Positions 62,480 to 64,000 of a stretch of DNA of 64,000 nucleotides are shown here, piece by piece. The notes beneath the pieces are model-generated. The model had not been told where the DNA came from, ran no database searches, and saw only the letters and a program-made list of their open reading frames with translations. The DNA is from Raillietiella orientalis. Its lineage: Eukaryota. The stretch is from the NCBI GenBank assembly GCA_036172245.1, contig JAYWIR010000029.1:1054001-1118000 (forward strand), read 5' to 3'. How positions within the stretch are numbered: the first letter of the stretch is position 1; each line of letters opens with the position of its first letter. The position numbers were made by a program, and so were the translations under genes.

Positions 62480-62649
62480 AGCTGCTGTCTTTAGGTCCTC
62501 CCCCCCCCTCCTTCCTTTCCTTCACAGAAGCAACTCGTTCTGCAACGGACCTGTGGCGGGAAGAAGAAGTAAAAATGGGTGGGCGATTTCCACATAGAAG
62601 GGAGAGAAAGACACACCCAGATGCCAGCGCCCTTCCTCATTCGTTTCCA

Positions 62650-63150
62650 CGGAGTCAGGAGGCCGTTGGGTGCCACTTCGAGCAGGAAGTCGCGATTGTC
62701 CTGGTGATGGTCGAGGTCACAACGGTGCCGTCGAAACTCTCCTGGAAATCAGCAGCTGAAAGAGAAAAGAGTCCTAGCGCGCCGCGTGCCAACGAGGGCT
62801 CAACGAGTCCAGGCACAGAGGGGGCTTTCGCTCCCTTCCAAGAAGGGGATTTTTGCCAGTTCGTGGCGCGCGTGGCGGCTGGTGCGGGGCTGCTCCCCTG
62901 CAGGAAGATGTCTCTTCCCCAACAGCGCTCCGATCCTTCTCCCTGCCACCCGTCCCGATTCGCGAGGAACCGCCTTGCGGTGCAAGAAAGCAGCTGGCAG
63001 CAAGCTGGAAGTGGCTGGAAGTGACATCCCTCCCCTCCCTCGGCGCGCGGAAGCACCTTGCGGGTCACACTGTCCACCGCATCCAAGGGTGCGGTGGAGT
63101 GACCGGAACGCTTGGCTTGCCGGGAAAACAAGACCCGAAGGACTCATCCG
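62650..63150 (-). mobile_element. Possible decayed L1-like ORF2 fragment
   Basis: DSVTRKVLPRAEGGEG resembles V....L.LP..EGGLG. Confidence 0.3.
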
Positions 63151-64000
63151 TGCTCTCCCTGAGCGATGCCCTTGGCTCGCCCGAGTCGAGGCGCACCCGT
63201 TCCCAGAGGCGGTCCTTTGTCGGGAGGCAGCGTTTCTCTTTGCGGTCAGGTCCCCTTCCTGCCGTAACCCAGCGTCTTCCCTTTCCTTTCTACGGTCCAC
63301 ACCGTCCTGGGTCTCTGTCGTGCCCTCGCCGGCGGCGTAGTCATCTTTTGTCAACGGCGTATGAGCGTGCGTGCGGTCTGCGTCGGTCTCGATAGCTGGA
63401 TATGAGCGGACGGGGAGGAGGGGTGCCGACTTCCGGTCCCGCCTCTGCCTTCTCGTCTGCAGCAACGGAGAGCGCTCCCGAAACCTTCGAGAACGAATGC
63501 AGCACCAGCAGCCTCCACTAGTGCGTTTCGAGAAGAAGCCGTGGCAAGCAGCCCGCTTGTTCCCCCAGGTTCATTTCGGGAGCTCGAGTTCTTTCCACGG
63601 GAAGAACCCGTCCTTCCGTTTTCATTTAGGGGGGAATTCCGCTTCCTCTGGTGTCTCGTTGGTTCGAGGAAAAGTTCGAGAAACTTCGGTTGGACGATTT
63701 ACGAAACGGAACATTGAGAGGGAAAATGCCGGGACCCGCTGCGAAATCGCGCTGAGAGCGAGTGCCTACCGCGACGACCCACTTATTGAAACGATCACGT
63801 GATCTCTGCCGAAAAAGATGGGGGGAAGGGAGGGGGAAAGGAAGGGGGGGGGAATAGCCAGAGGTCCAAAAGATCAGCGGCCGTAGTACACCCTGATGTA
63901 CCCGCATCGGACATTCTTGACCGCAAGAGAAAAGCAGGGAAGCGAAGAGGAGGGGAAGCAGAGACCATCCTGGGACAACGCTCGCTGCCCTCAAAGAGTT

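Overview
Eukaryotic, most likely arthropod, genomic DNA. There is no prokaryotic operon structure and no CRISPR array. Positions 1-7.1 kb hold a 5'-truncated gene for the DNA polymerase zeta catalytic subunit (REV3L). It has about 20 introns, mostly 40-65 nt, plus one 883-nt intron inside the polymerase domain. A possible convergent spliced gene ends at 7.4-9 kb. Most of 10-64 kb looks like a dense set of heavily decayed L1/Tx1-like non-LTR retrotransposon relics on both strands (endonuclease, RT, zf-RVT and CCHC remnants recognised by eye). These relics and the high GC content explain most ORFs in the supplied track. Embedded in this region are two convergent, divergent Tweedle/DUF243 cuticle-protein genes (41.8-42.9 kb +, 49.9-50.7 kb -), two hAT/Charlie-type MITEs, tRNA-derived relics and microsatellites. 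There is also a 29-unit, indel-free 21-bp array at 53.0-53.6 kb that encodes heptad repeats on both strands. All family calls are motif recognition by eye, not database results, and relic boundaries are approximate. I found no clear-cut novel system; the heptad array and the shared LINE 3' motif are the best leads.
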